From a virus: a stretch of DNA of 64,000 nt. Within the stretch, counting starts at the first letter, position 1, and each line of letters starts with the position of its first letter. A model generated the notes under the pieces. That model saw only the letters and a list, made by a program, of their open reading frames with translations, did not search any database and was not told the origin of the DNA. Made by a program: the position numbers and the translations under genes. Below are positions 8,993-17,399 of the stretch, in pieces. Location: IMG/VR virus record IMGVR_UViG_3300036861_000805, positions 22,758 to 86,757 of that record; one strand, given 5' to 3'.

Positions 8993-9021
8993 TTGTCTGC
9001 CCTCTCAGGCAACATTAGATT
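8993..9021 (+). promoter_or_regulatory. Sigma70-like promoter
   Basis: TTGTCT-N17-TAGATT, 11 nt before ATG 9033. Confidence 0.5.
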
Positions 9022-9032
9022 CGTGATCTTCG

Positions 9033-9332
9033 ATGAACGAATCCTGGGAGAACATCCGAGCGCGGATCATCGATCGCGACCGCGCTTGTAGCGGCCGCTT
9101 CCTGGGCGGGCCCTGCTCGCCGCTCATCGACGTCCATCACATCGTCCCGCGCGACGAGGGCGGGACGGACGAGGATGAGAACCTGCTCGCGCTCTGCCAC
9201 CGCCACCACCCGATGCTGGAGTCCATGCGCAGGCAGATCCTGCGCCGCCGGGGATGGAAGACGTGCCCGCACGATCACCGTTATTCGTGGGCTCGCGAGG
9301 AATGCGAGGCAAAACTGAACCGTGCGGCATAG
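9033..9332 (+). CDS. HNH endonuclease
   Basis: DVHHIVPRDEGGTDEDENLLALCHRHH. Confidence 0.9.
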   Translation: MNESWENIRARIIDRDRACSGRFLGGPCSPLIDVHHIVPRDEGGTDEDENLLALCHRHHPMLESMRRQILRRRGWKTCPHDHRYSWAREECEAKLNRAA

Positions 9333-9437
9333 GTGGGTCGGGGGGCGGCAGCGGTGTTCATCCCGAGAGACCGGAGTGGGGCGGGGCGTCCGGTCGATGC
9401 GATAACTTTACGCGACCCTAATCGTCAAAGGAGTCCC

Positions 9438-10013
9438 ATGAAGAAGATTCCAACCATCTTCGAACGCGACTGGGAAGGAGATCGGTCCCGCGTGCTCGAC
9501 GAGGTTGTGCCCGGCTGCATGTGGGTGATCGCTGGCGAGGGAGTTGCGACTCGCAAATACGACGGAACGGCCTGTCTCGTCGAAGATGGCAAGCTCTGGA
9601 AGCGTCGTGAGCAGCGCGCGGGAACCGGGGCCCCTCCCGAAGACTTTAGGCTCGTCGAGCACGATCTGACGACAGACAAGATCATCGGCTGGGTGCCCGT
9701 CGGGGATGGCCCCGACGACAAGTGGTATCGCGAGGCACTCAACAACGCTGGCGGTATTGGAGGACTCCCAGATGGCACCTATGAACTCCTGGGCCCTAAG
9801 GTGCAGGGTAACCCCGAACGCTTCGAGCAGCACACGCTGCTCCGACACGTGGACGCCGAGCCGTACATCGTTCCTCGCACCTACGCGGGCATGAGAGACC
9901 TGCTCAAAGAGCTCGATGTCGAGGGCTTCGTCTTCCATCATCCTGACGGACGCATGGCGAAGATCAAGGCCCGCGACTTCGGGATCAAGCGCCGGCGGCT
10001 TGAGCGTGTCTGA
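9438..10013 (+). CDS. RNA ligase, RLIG1 (C12orf29)/DUF5565-like nucleotidyltransferase
   Basis: ATRKYDGT (KxDG motif I), TYELLGPKVQGNP, EGFVF, MAKIK; AAGGAG SD. Confidence 0.75.
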   Translation: MKKIPTIFERDWEGDRSRVLDEVVPGCMWVIAGEGVATRKYDGTACLVEDGKLWKRREQRAGTGAPPEDFRLVEHDLTTDKIIGWVPVGDGPDDKWYREALNNAGGIGGLPDGTYELLGPKVQGNPERFEQHTLLRHVDAEPYIVPRTYAGMRDLLKELDVEGFVFHHPDGRMAKIKARDFGIKRRRLERV

Positions 10014-10446
10014 GCCAGGCTCAGAACTCGTTCTCGCGCACTCCGGCGAACTTGTCGACCTCGAGGACGTTACCCAAGTCGCGGTCGCGCTGCGTAACGT
10101 GCAGGACATGGAGAAGCAGCTCAGGGAAGCCGTGCGCGTCCTCAAGAGCGCGCTCGTCTATCACTCGGGAGAAGCGGGCACGAAGACGCTCCACCTGGAC
10201 GGTGTCGGCACAGTCCAGCTGAAGAACGACACGGTCGTCGAATGGGACATTGTCGGGCTCGAGCGGCGCCTGCGGCGCGCCGGCGCACCGGACGATTTGA
10301 TCGGTGAGATCATCGTGACGACGATCTCGCAGAACGTCGACGCGAAGCGCGCGAAGCAAGCGGCGAGCGCGAACAAGAAGTACGCGCGCGCGGTCGAACT
10401 CTCGCGCAAGGAGATTCCGAAGGTTCCTACGGTCTCGTTTGCTTGA
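10006..10446 (+). CDS. Hypothetical protein
   Basis: GTG start overlapping the ligase end; GELVDL...coiled coil. Confidence 0.65.
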   Translation: MSEPGSELVLAHSGELVDLEDVTQVAVALRNVQDMEKQLREAVRVLKSALVYHSGEAGTKTLHLDGVGTVQLKNDTVVEWDIVGLERRLRRAGAPDDLIGEIIVTTISQNVDAKRAKQAASANKKYARAVELSRKEIPKVPTVSFA

Positions 10447-10586
10447 CGAACGTCCGAGAGACGTGCGAGGATCCGGCAACCTACAAGTTCTCCTGATGGG
10501 CTTCGCTTGGAGACAGCAAGCCGGACCTGCCGTCAGCAAAGGTCCGAGGACCTGCCCCCGTCGAAAGGATCGGAGACATTCTCAGA

Positions 10587-11267
10587 GTGTTCACGACACT
10601 CGTCATCTGCATACTGATCGCATCGCTCAGCATCGCGGCCTCGAGCCGCACAAGTGCTGCGCCGAAGGCAGCCGCAGGCCTGAAGGTGCGGAAGGGAGCC
10701 GGGCCGGACTTCCCAGTTCTCCGGCCCCGCTGCAGCTCTGCCCGCAGAGCTGTGCCATGGTACCGCTCCGCTACGCATTCGTGGCAGCGTCTGAGAGACG
10801 CCGTGCGCCTCGCAGGACCCAGCCCGAAGGTCAGAGGCCACTCCTGCGGCTTCGCTCGCTACGCGGCCGGAGAATGGCAGAGTCGTGCCCGCACGGCTCG
10901 CTTCACATACAAGAAGTGGCTCACGGAGCGTGTGCTCCAAGAGCAGGAGTCATATCTCGAAGCCGTCGAAGAAGTGCAACGCGTCTATCTAGGAAGCAGA
11001 GGCTGGCTTCAGTCTTGCCCTCGTTCAGAGGGCGGTTGGGGTCGCTGGGTCCTGAACCGCGAGGGCTCTGGTGCAGGCGGTTGGCTTCAGTTCATGGAGT
11101 CGACTTTCTGGCGCATGTTCTACGCGGCCAAGGCTGAAGCTGAGGCAAAGGGATTCGTCGTGCCACGTTCAGCAGCTTCTTGGTACTCGCCGCTCGGACA
11201 GGCTCTCGCCGGTGGCTGGGCTCTGACACACGGCGCGACTCATGAGTGGAGCGGGAGCACCTGTTGA
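10587..11267 (+). CDS. Secreted lysozyme-fold (SLT/Rpf-like) transglycosylase
   Basis: N-terminal signal peptide; SEGG...N..GSGAGGWLQFMESTF...W..C pattern. Confidence 0.7.
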   Translation: MFTTLVICILIASLSIAASSRTSAAPKAAAGLKVRKGAGPDFPVLRPRCSSARRAVPWYRSATHSWQRLRDAVRLAGPSPKVRGHSCGFARYAAGEWQSRARTARFTYKKWLTERVLQEQESYLEAVEEVQRVYLGSRGWLQSCPRSEGGWGRWVLNREGSGAGGWLQFMESTFWRMFYAAKAEAEAKGFVVPRSAASWYSPLGQALAGGWALTHGATHEWSGSTC

Positions 11268-11671
11268 CGATCCCCGATCCTCGGCCAGCAGGACGCATCC
11301 GTGATCCAGATCTTCTGGCTGTCCTGCATCGGGAATGGGAGGAATGCGCGCTCTGCTACGAGACCGCGTACTCGTTCGGGCGGCTCTCACTTCACCACAT
11401 CCACAAGCACCCACGGAACGATGTGCGCGCAAATCTCGTCATGCTCTGCGGGGACGGCGTGCGCGGCTGTCACGGGCGCATCGAGGCACACGATCCTGAG
11501 ACGCGTGCCGCACTCTGCGTCTACATCCTGGCCGAGCGGCCAGACACGATCCTGTACCTAAACGATCTTCTCGGCGGGGAAGAGCCGACTCGTGAATGGC
11601 TTCATCGCGATGTTCGGCTACCATCCCGAGCGGGAAGGGCTGTCGCTTCTGCCGACGCCCCTTTCGGTTGA
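11264..11671 (+). CDS. HNH endonuclease
   Basis: CALC...SLHHI...DVRANLVMLCGDG..GCHG. Confidence 0.8.
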   Translation: MTIPDPRPAGRIRDPDLLAVLHREWEECALCYETAYSFGRLSLHHIHKHPRNDVRANLVMLCGDGVRGCHGRIEAHDPETRAALCVYILAERPDTILYLNDLLGGEEPTREWLHRDVRLPSRAGRAVASADAPFG

Positions 11672-11682
11672 AAGGGCTGGGG

Positions 11683-11713
11683 GAGGCTCCGCTTTGCGGG
11701 GCCTCTCTCTTTA
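11683..11713 (+). terminator. Intrinsic terminator of the + arm
   Basis: GAGGCTCCGC-TTT-GCGGGGCCTC followed by TCTCTTTA. Confidence 0.65.
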
Positions 11714-11726
11714 TCAGTCTGAGAAT

Positions 11727-11752
11727 GCAAAGGCCCCGCTGGGACGGGGCCT
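11727..11752 (-). terminator. Intrinsic terminator of the lysis operon
   Basis: AGGCCCCG/CGGGGCCT stem followed by a short T run on the - strand; convergent with the + arm terminator. Confidence 0.55.
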
Positions 11753-11803
11753 CCGCACATCACTTGGGGAGAAGATGCGGCTTTCGCCGAAAGCGTACTC
11801 CCT

Positions 11804-12238
11804 TCAGACACCTTTCGCTGGCGCCGGACTCTCACCCTTCGTCCCGAGAGCAACCACAGCGCGGAAGGCTGCGGCGATGGCCCCCGTGATCGCGGCCGTC
11901 ACCAGGGCACGCCAGGTGCCGAGATCGGGCGCCTGGTTGATGAGATCCGTCGTCGAGACGATCAGCGTTCCGACAAACGTCACCGAGAAGAGATCGATCC
12001 TCGAGACCCACGCTAGCGGCACTCCCAGAGGAGTGAGCAACGTTCCCCAGGAGAACTCCGAGAGGAAGGCCTTGATGACGAGTAGGCCTGCGGCGATGGA
12101 CGCTCCCAGAGCGGCCACGCCGAGGGCCCGTGCATCAGCAAGATTGGGCGCCTCCCAGATGCCGGGCATATAGGTCAGAAGTGAAGCGAGAAACGCGAGG
12201 ATGAACCCCTTCCCCGCCTTCTCGAGCCATACGGACAC
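11804..12238 (-). CDS. Holin (4 TM; apparently a duplicated r1t-like unit)
   Basis: Two similar halves (F..AFL...APNL..ARAL..AA / F..TFV...APDL..WRAL..AA); last gene of the lysis cassette. Confidence 0.7.
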   Translation of the reverse strand: MSVWLEKAGKGFILAFLASLLTYMPGIWEAPNLADARALGVAALGASIAAGLLVIKAFLSEFSWGTLLTPLGVPLAWVSRIDLFSVTFVGTLIVSTTDLINQAPDLGTWRALVTAAITGAIAAAFRAVVALGTKGESPAPAKGV

Positions 12239-12241
12239 ACC

Positions 12242-12273
12242 GACTCCTTTCGTTGGCTAGCCGAAAGGAAGTC
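12242..12273 (-). promoter_or_regulatory. SD-sequestering hairpin upstream of holin
   Basis: - strand GACTTCCTTTCG-GCTAGCCAA-CGAAAGGAGTC pairs over the SD. Confidence 0.6.
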
Positions 12274-12288
12274 TGACGTGTCTGGCGG

Positions 12289-12717
12289 CTAGATGATCGA
12301 GCCGCGACGAAAAAGGAGAGCTACGGCGTGCACGGTATTGCGAGCACCGAGCTTGCGCGCCGCCTTCTGCTGGTGAAACTTGACGGTCTGAATGGCCAAG
12401 CCGAGCTGCGCGGCGACATCCTTCATCTGGTAGCCGTCAGCGAGCAGCATCATCACTTCTAGCTCACGGGCTGTGAGATCCTCTTCATCAACGCTGGGAG
12501 AACGGCGATGAGGCAGTGCCGCCTCGCCATACGCCTCGATAGCTTTGATTGCCCCCACGATCGCGTCCGTAACCTTCGCGCCAGGATCCGGAGGGTTCCA
12601 GCCAGCCTTGAGGAACGCCTTCACTACACGGCCCCAGAAGACGCGCGGATTCTGCTCCAACAGTCTCTGGAGATCTTCTTGACTCAGGAAGTGGTCTCCA
12701 TTCTCGAGAGCACACAC
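12289..12717 (-). CDS. LuxR/GerE-type HTH regulator (possible CTG start at 12687)
   Basis: LTARELEVMMLLADG...VAAQLGLAIQTVKFH....RKLGARN..HAVA. Confidence 0.9.
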   Translation of the reverse strand: MCALENGDHFLSQEDLQRLLEQNPRVFWGRVVKAFLKAGWNPPDPGAKVTDAIVGAIKAIEAYGEAALPHRRSPSVDEEDLTARELEVMMLLADGYQMKDVAAQLGLAIQTVKFHQQKAARKLGARNTVHAVALLFRRGSII

Positions 12718-13403
12718 GCCTCGCCGTACTCGCCGAGGAGTCTCTCCAGAATGGTGAGTTCGAGCCAGACGACGCGCGGGTAGTCCTCGCCCCAGGAATT
12801 CAGAAGAGGCACGCCACCTATCTCCGCATAGTTCGGAGAGGCGAGCGCCTCAAGAATCTCGTCTACGCTTCCAGCCCAGCGGTACTCCCCGATTCCGTAA
12901 ACGGGATTCGGTTCCTCTTTTTCCCGTCTGCTCCAGAGCACAGAACCCTGCGAGTTGAGGATGCGTGCGCCGGCGTCGATCGAGGTGCCGTTGTTATCGC
13001 CAGGATTGGTGTCGTCCCATTCGTCCGAGGCCTTGGCCTGGTTCCAGAGCCACGCGCCATCAAAGAGCACCTTGTAGAACTGCGTGATCGCCCTCGAGAG
13101 CGAGAAGCCGACGCAGGCCGACAGGCGTCCCTGGTTGTAGAAGTGGTACCAAGCGTCGCGATCCGGGAGTTGGCCGTTATCGACGAGGATCGCGTGTCCT
13201 CCTTCGATTATGCCCAGGTTCGGCCGCCTGACCCACCAACGGTTGTCGAAGAATTCTGGCTTGTCGCAGCTTGAGTACCAGTTGATCCCGAGGACAACGG
13301 GGGTGCGTCGGAAGCGCTCGGGCTCGGGCGCAGCCGCAAGTGGGTAGCGCTCGACGTGCCGCCAGGTCGTCGGGGTTCTCCTGCCGAATCCTGTTTCGCT
13401 CAC
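12684..13403 (-). CDS. Papain-like (C1) cysteine peptidase with permuted segment order
   Basis: NQGRLSACVGF (Gln/Cys), GGHAILV (His), NSWG (Asn). Confidence 0.8.
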   Translation of the reverse strand: MSETGFGRRTPTTWRHVERYPLAAAPEPERFRRTPVVLGINWYSSCDKPEFFDNRWWVRRPNLGIIEGGHAILVDNGQLPDRDAWYHFYNQGRLSACVGFSLSRAITQFYKVLFDGAWLWNQAKASDEWDDTNPGDNNGTSIDAGARILNSQGSVLWSRREKEEPNPVYGIGEYRWAGSVDEILEALASPNYAEIGGVPLLNSWGEDYPRVVWLELTILERLLGEYGEACVLSRMETTS

Positions 13404-14248
13404 AGCAGCTTCAACTCCTCGTTCGTGAGAGGTGGACGGACGGTGAACATGTATTCCCCCGGAAAACGGGAGTAACCGCGCAGCGACTCGATTAGCTCCG
13501 GCGCTCGCTCAGATCCGTTTGAGCCCCATTCGGCGGTATCGAAGGTCCCGGGCTTGATGCACTGGATGACGTGGCGCTCGCTGTGGAAGTGAGCCAGGTC
13601 CCCAACCCGGAAGGGGCTCCCGATCTTGGGCCAGTCATCCTCGTGGTCGTCTGTATTCCCTGCGCCCGAGTAGTTGTACTTCGAGGGATCGGGAACAATG
13701 ATCCCGCTCTTCGTCTGCGCATAGCGGCTCGACTGCACGACCATCGCCGAGCAGTCACTCTCACCACCGGCTTCGGGATCGACCGTGGGATCAAACAGCC
13801 GATGCTGATCGTAGTGCCAGCGGTCAGCGTTGGCGATGGTCTTGCGCCAGAAATCGTTGATCCAGAACTGCACCTTGGCAAGAGCCGTTCCCACGGCGAT
13901 GAGCCCCGCCTCGTCCTGGACGATCTTGCGCGAGTAGAAGTCGAGCGCATACTCGCCCTTGTGCGGGCCCGTGGGCACGCGTCGCGTGCGGATGTGCTCC
14001 CACACCTCCTTGCCATAGCTGCCGTCCCGCGGATCCGTCTTCTTGCGGATCCCCTGGTTGATCTTGAGGTCGGCAACGAGTTCCCACAGATTGCGGTTGT
14101 AGTGCTGGTCGTAGTCCGTCCACTCGAGCTTGCCGATGCGCCCGAAGAAGCGTTTGAGCGCCTCCGCCGTCGGCCCCTTGGACTTGAGCGGCCCCGCCGC
14201 CAGACCATAGGGGACGGTGAACGGGAACTGTTCGGGCGTAAGACTCAC
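13400..14248 (-). CDS. Endolysin: peptidoglycan-binding-like N-terminus plus NlpC/P60-like amidase
   Basis: DG.YG..W N-terminal motif; SDCSAMV ... GDLAHF...HV. Confidence 0.75.
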   Translation of the reverse strand: MSLTPEQFPFTVPYGLAAGPLKSKGPTAEALKRFFGRIGKLEWTDYDQHYNRNLWELVADLKINQGIRKKTDPRDGSYGKEVWEHIRTRRVPTGPHKGEYALDFYSRKIVQDEAGLIAVGTALAKVQFWINDFWRKTIANADRWHYDQHRLFDPTVDPEAGGESDCSAMVVQSSRYAQTKSGIIVPDPSKYNYSGAGNTDDHEDDWPKIGSPFRVGDLAHFHSERHVIQCIKPGTFDTAEWGSNGSERAPELIESLRGYSRFPGEYMFTVRPPLTNEELKLL

Positions 14249-14853
14249 AGGACGTACTCACCGAGGTAGTCCACGCCCGGCCAATCGGCCCACTGTGCAT
14301 AGGACGGAGCCGGTTTGCCTTCGACCGGATAAACCCCGAAGACGGGCTGCGAGGTCGGCCATCCGAGATCACGCGCGATCCGATCCATGCTGTCGGGAGT
14401 CGCGTTTGGGTTCTCGTTCAGATACGCCTCCACGAGACACGTGAAGCCCGCGTCGATAAGCGGCCGCGCCGCCTCGCGCGACTGCAGGGGCGTGTTGAAG
14501 TTCGTGCAGATGGCGAGCGGACACGAGGGAAGCGATCCACCCCCAGCGCCCTTGATGACGTTCATGATGCCTTCGTAGTCTCCCGGACCTTCGAGCTCGG
14601 CGATCGCGAGATCGGCGTTCCCCGGTGTCTTGTAGATACTCCCGCCCTCCGTGAACCAACACCCCGCGAGAATGCCGCGCGCGTGGAAAGCGGCCACGTA
14701 TTCGTTCCAGATCGAGCGGTTGTAGGCCTCCGTCGCAGGGTCGTCCAGCTCAAGCACGACCCATTCGTAGCCCTTCTGCTGAGCGAGCGCCGCCGTCTCG
14801 GCTAGTGAGTGGCGGCCGGAGGTATAACCCTTCATCGGCCCCCACGCGAGCAT
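14245..14853 (-). CDS. Putative glycoside hydrolase (GH25-like TIM barrel), second lysin
   Basis: G..WVVL...G...G.W...IAELE pattern; lysis context. Confidence 0.5.
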   Translation of the reverse strand: MLAWGPMKGYTSGRHSLAETAALAQQKGYEWVVLELDDPATEAYNRSIWNEYVAAFHARGILAGCWFTEGGSIYKTPGNADLAIAELEGPGDYEGIMNVIKGAGGGSLPSCPLAICTNFNTPLQSREAARPLIDAGFTCLVEAYLNENPNATPDSMDRIARDLGWPTSQPVFGVYPVEGKPAPSYAQWADWPGVDYLGEYVL

Positions 14854-14860
14854 TACGCCT

Positions 14861-15184
14861 CTACGGAAAGGGGCGGGAGGGCGGCGCCTCCTTCAACGCC
14901 GCGATCTCTGCTCGCATTTCGATGATGGCCTGCCCGTGTGCGTCGACGTCCCGCTTGATCGCGTCCGTGAAGTCCGCGTTTGCCTTGACGACATCGCGCA
15001 GGCCAGTCACGTCGTATTCCTTCTCGCCGCCGACCCAGCGCTTCCACAGCGGTAGCTTCGACGTGAAGCCCTTGCCGAGCACCTTCTTCGAGAGGTCGTC
15101 GATGCGTACCACGAGCGCGTTCATGTCCGCGCCGGTGGGCGGCTGTGTCGGCTTAGCGCTTGCCTGAAGCTTCTTCTTCGGCAC
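14861..15184 (-). CDS. Coiled-coil hypothetical protein
   Basis: GTG start 7 nt after TACTCT, suggesting a leaderless transcript. Confidence 0.6.
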   Translation of the reverse strand: MPKKKLQASAKPTQPPTGADMNALVVRIDDLSKKVLGKGFTSKLPLWKRWVGGEKEYDVTGLRDVVKANADFTDAIKRDVDAHGQAIIEMRAEIAALKEAPPSRPFP

Positions 15185-15243
15185 GAGGAGAAGAGTAGTC
15201 CTAGTTCAGGACGACGATGGAGGGCACGTCATGCTTATGTGCC

Positions 15244-15927
15244 CTACTTCGACTTGCAGGGTGGCGGCTTCCCGTTCGTACAGGGCTTCGGCGAGGGTGG
15301 GTTGGGCGGCTCCGGTGTCCCCGGAGGGCCCGGGTTTCCCGGCGGCCCCGGCGGCCCGGGTGTCCCCGGCGGCCCCTGACCCTCGGCCCCCGGCGGGCCC
15401 TGTGGTCCCGCTGGTCCTGTCGGCCCGGCCGGTCCTGCGGCGCCCGCTGGCCCCTGTACCCCCCTGCAGATCATCGGGTGCGCCAGGCAGAAAGTGCGAA
15501 TGGCGACCGCGAGCTCGCGTTCTGTTGGAGCGCGTCCTACCGCACCGGTCGTACCCATGCGCCCTCGGCAGGGATCGCTGGCGCTGTTGCAGAAGACCGT
15601 GATGGCGCGTACTAGCTGCGCCCGCGTCGGATCGGGCCCGCGTGCTCCTTGCGGACCTGCCGGCCCGCGCGCCCCGACTTCCCCCGGCTTCACTTTCTTG
15701 GCGGCAAAGCGGCGCTCGAGCGCGTCGATACAGGCTTTCTCCCTCAGTCCTGCGCACACGCCTGTCCGAATGATCCGCTCGGTCGTCTGTACGCGCCGCT
15801 CCGTCTGCCACTGCTTATACGCACTCGCCGCCTGGGCGGTGGCTACGAGAACGAACAGCGCGACAATGACGATGCCTAGGGCATTGCGCGCTCGCATCTC
15901 TCCCTGCTCGAACTCAGGTGCGCTCAT
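15244..15927 (-). CDS. Membrane-anchored collagen-like protein with Cys pairs (spanin-like position)
   Basis: N-terminal TM, GPx repeats, repeated 'AI..FC....C.G' units. Confidence 0.7.
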   Translation of the reverse strand: MSAPEFEQGEMRARNALGIVIVALFVLVATAQAASAYKQWQTERRVQTTERIIRTGVCAGLREKACIDALERRFAAKKVKPGEVGARGPAGPQGARGPDPTRAQLVRAITVFCNSASDPCRGRMGTTGAVGRAPTERELAVAIRTFCLAHPMICRGVQGPAGAAGPAGPTGPAGPQGPPGAEGQGPPGTPGPPGPPGNPGPPGTPEPPNPPSPKPCTNGKPPPCKSK

Positions 15928-16333
15928 TCGAACCTTTCAGGATCCGACGAATGACCTTTCTGTCGTGCCAATCAAGGGAGCTTTGAACCGCGACAAGCAG
16001 AGCGATGGCGATCAGTCCTGCCGTGATGATGAGCCCTACGGTACTCACGCGGGCTGGGCCTGGAATAGCTGGAGGCTGGAGCCCAGCGTAAAGACCGATC
16101 GAGACAACAATCACTGCCTGTGCGATCCGCAGAACCTCACGGCGCAAGTAGCCGCGCGCGAGCAAGTGCAAGTCCTCCGCTCCTAGCGCTCTCGCATAGC
16201 GGTAGTCCAACCAAAGCGCACGAACACGCAGGCTCGCGACGCAGAGAGCAAGGAGCCCTGCACCAAACCAGATCGCTTCGATCAGCGTCCAATCGCCCCA
16301 TTGCGGTATCTCGATCAAGGTCGTCGCCATCAT
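15914..16333 (-). CDS. Membrane protein (3 TM), lysis cassette
   Basis: Hydrophobic segments. Confidence 0.7.
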   Translation of the reverse strand: MMATTLIEIPQWGDWTLIEAIWFGAGLLALCVASLRVRALWLDYRYARALGAEDLHLLARGYLRREVLRIAQAVIVVSIGLYAGLQPPAIPGPARVSTVGLIITAGLIAIALLVAVQSSLDWHDRKVIRRILKGSNERT

Positions 16334-16497
16334 TCGCTCGCGCTTTTTCTGCGCCGGGGATCGAAGAGATCACGCTCCCGACGCAGATGCTCTACGCGGG
16401 CCAAGCGGCGCTCGTGGTCATGGAGCTGCTGCTCATGTTCAACGAGCCTCTTCTCAATTGCCTCGTCGCTGATGCGGCGCTTGCGTACTAGTCTCAT
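16330..16497 (-). CDS. Small coiled-coil protein (55 aa; not in the ORF track)
   Basis: MRLVRKRRISDEAIEKRLVEHEQQLHDHERRLARVE...; ATGA overlaps at both ends. Confidence 0.6.
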   Translation of the reverse strand: MRLVRKRRISDEAIEKRLVEHEQQLHDHERRLARVEHLRRERDLFDPRRRKSASE

Positions 16498-16709
16498 CGT
16501 TTTCGCTCCGCAGCCTCCAGGGCCCTTTGCGCGATTTCAGCCTGTTTGTAGACAAGATCCATTGCTCGGTCTCGCTCGGCCAGCACTCTCCCGTGTGCGG
16601 CTCCGCTGACGATCCAGCCGCGGATGAAAGCGAGCGCAAAGAAGGCGAGAATTCCAAGCGCGCCCGCATTCGAGAGCCACTGAAGCAGTGGATCGGGCGT
16701 TTGTGCCAA
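16494..16709 (-). CDS. Small TM plus coiled-coil holin-like protein
   Basis: GALGILAFFALAFIRGWIV...ERD, typical of actinophage lysis membrane proteins. Confidence 0.7.
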   Translation of the reverse strand: MAQTPDPLLQWLSNAGALGILAFFALAFIRGWIVSGAAHGRVLAERDRAMDLVYKQAEIAQRALEAAERKR

Positions 16710-16805
16710 CTCACTGATCAGGGCTTGTCTTTGACACCGGCTGCCTCCCCATTATCTCCCCGGAAGCGTATGCTCGCCTGCGGACGCCTCTAGTCGGGTT
16801 CGGGA

Positions 16806-17399
16806 TCAGCGGTTACTTGCGAAGACCCCATAGAAGCAATCGCCTACTGCTCCGTCCTCGTTGAGATGAGCCACGAACCCGGGGGCTCCAAGCCATTCCT
16901 CAAGTTGCTCTCGATGAAGTTCCTGGGGATGGCCTTCCCTCGCCGGCATGTTGAGCCACTCGAAGATTCTGATCGTCGCAGCGGCGGCTTTAGCTCGAGC
17001 AATGATTCGACCCGGATCTTTCGCATGGGTCAGCACGTTGTAGATCCAGGCGTCATCAAATGCTTGCCGCCCGGTGGTGCCGTTCTTGCTCGCAACGAAG
17101 TCCTCTCCCTCTTCGGATTTCAAGGCAACTCCATGAGCCTTGTAGCGAGCCTTCACCCAAGGCGGGTAGGGGGCGGGATCGACTACCAGCACCCGGCCAA
17201 AGTTCACGCACTTGAGAAGAAGCGAGACGGGCCCGCCGCCGATGTCAACGACAGAACGTCCGCCGAGATCGAAGGTCGGAGGATGCGCACAGTTCCAACT
17301 CGCGAGTAATCCCATGCGGGGCGCGTATGCGAGTTGCTTCTGCTCCTCATGAAAGCTATTGCAACAGTCCCCGAACCACTCAGCGTCGAACGAAGGCAA
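16806..17399 (-). CDS. Class I SAM-dependent methyltransferase
   Basis: VVDIGGGP motif I; YNVLTH..DP. Confidence 0.85.
   Translation of the reverse strand: MPSFDAEWFGDCCNSFHEEQKQLAYAPRMGLLASWNCAHPPTFDLGGRSVVDIGGGPVSLLLKCVNFGRVLVVDPAPYPPWVKARYKAHGVALKSEEGEDFVASKNGTTGRQAFDDAWIYNVLTHAKDPGRIIARAKAAAATIRIFEWLNMPAREGHPQELHREQLEEWLGAPGFVAHLNEDGAVGDCFYGVFASNR

Noticed and set aside
9333-9437. G-rich spacer with stems before the RNA ligase, or an N-terminal extension of the ligase
   Set aside because: The SD at about 9428 supports ATG 9438; the short GC stems and G-runs are expected by chance at this GC content
10488-10570. Hammerhead ribozyme (CTGATG...GAAA)
   Set aside because: Core reads CUGAUGG rather than CUGAUGA and stems I and III could not be built; kept only as a generic structured leader
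11592-12173. 193-aa + strand ORF as a frameshifted continuation of the HNH gene
   Set aside because: It runs through the terminator hairpins and antisense to the holin; the HNH domain is already complete
16731-16758. TTGACA-based antisense promoter
   Set aside because: No good -10 box at a 16-18 nt spacing and no credible downstream + strand gene
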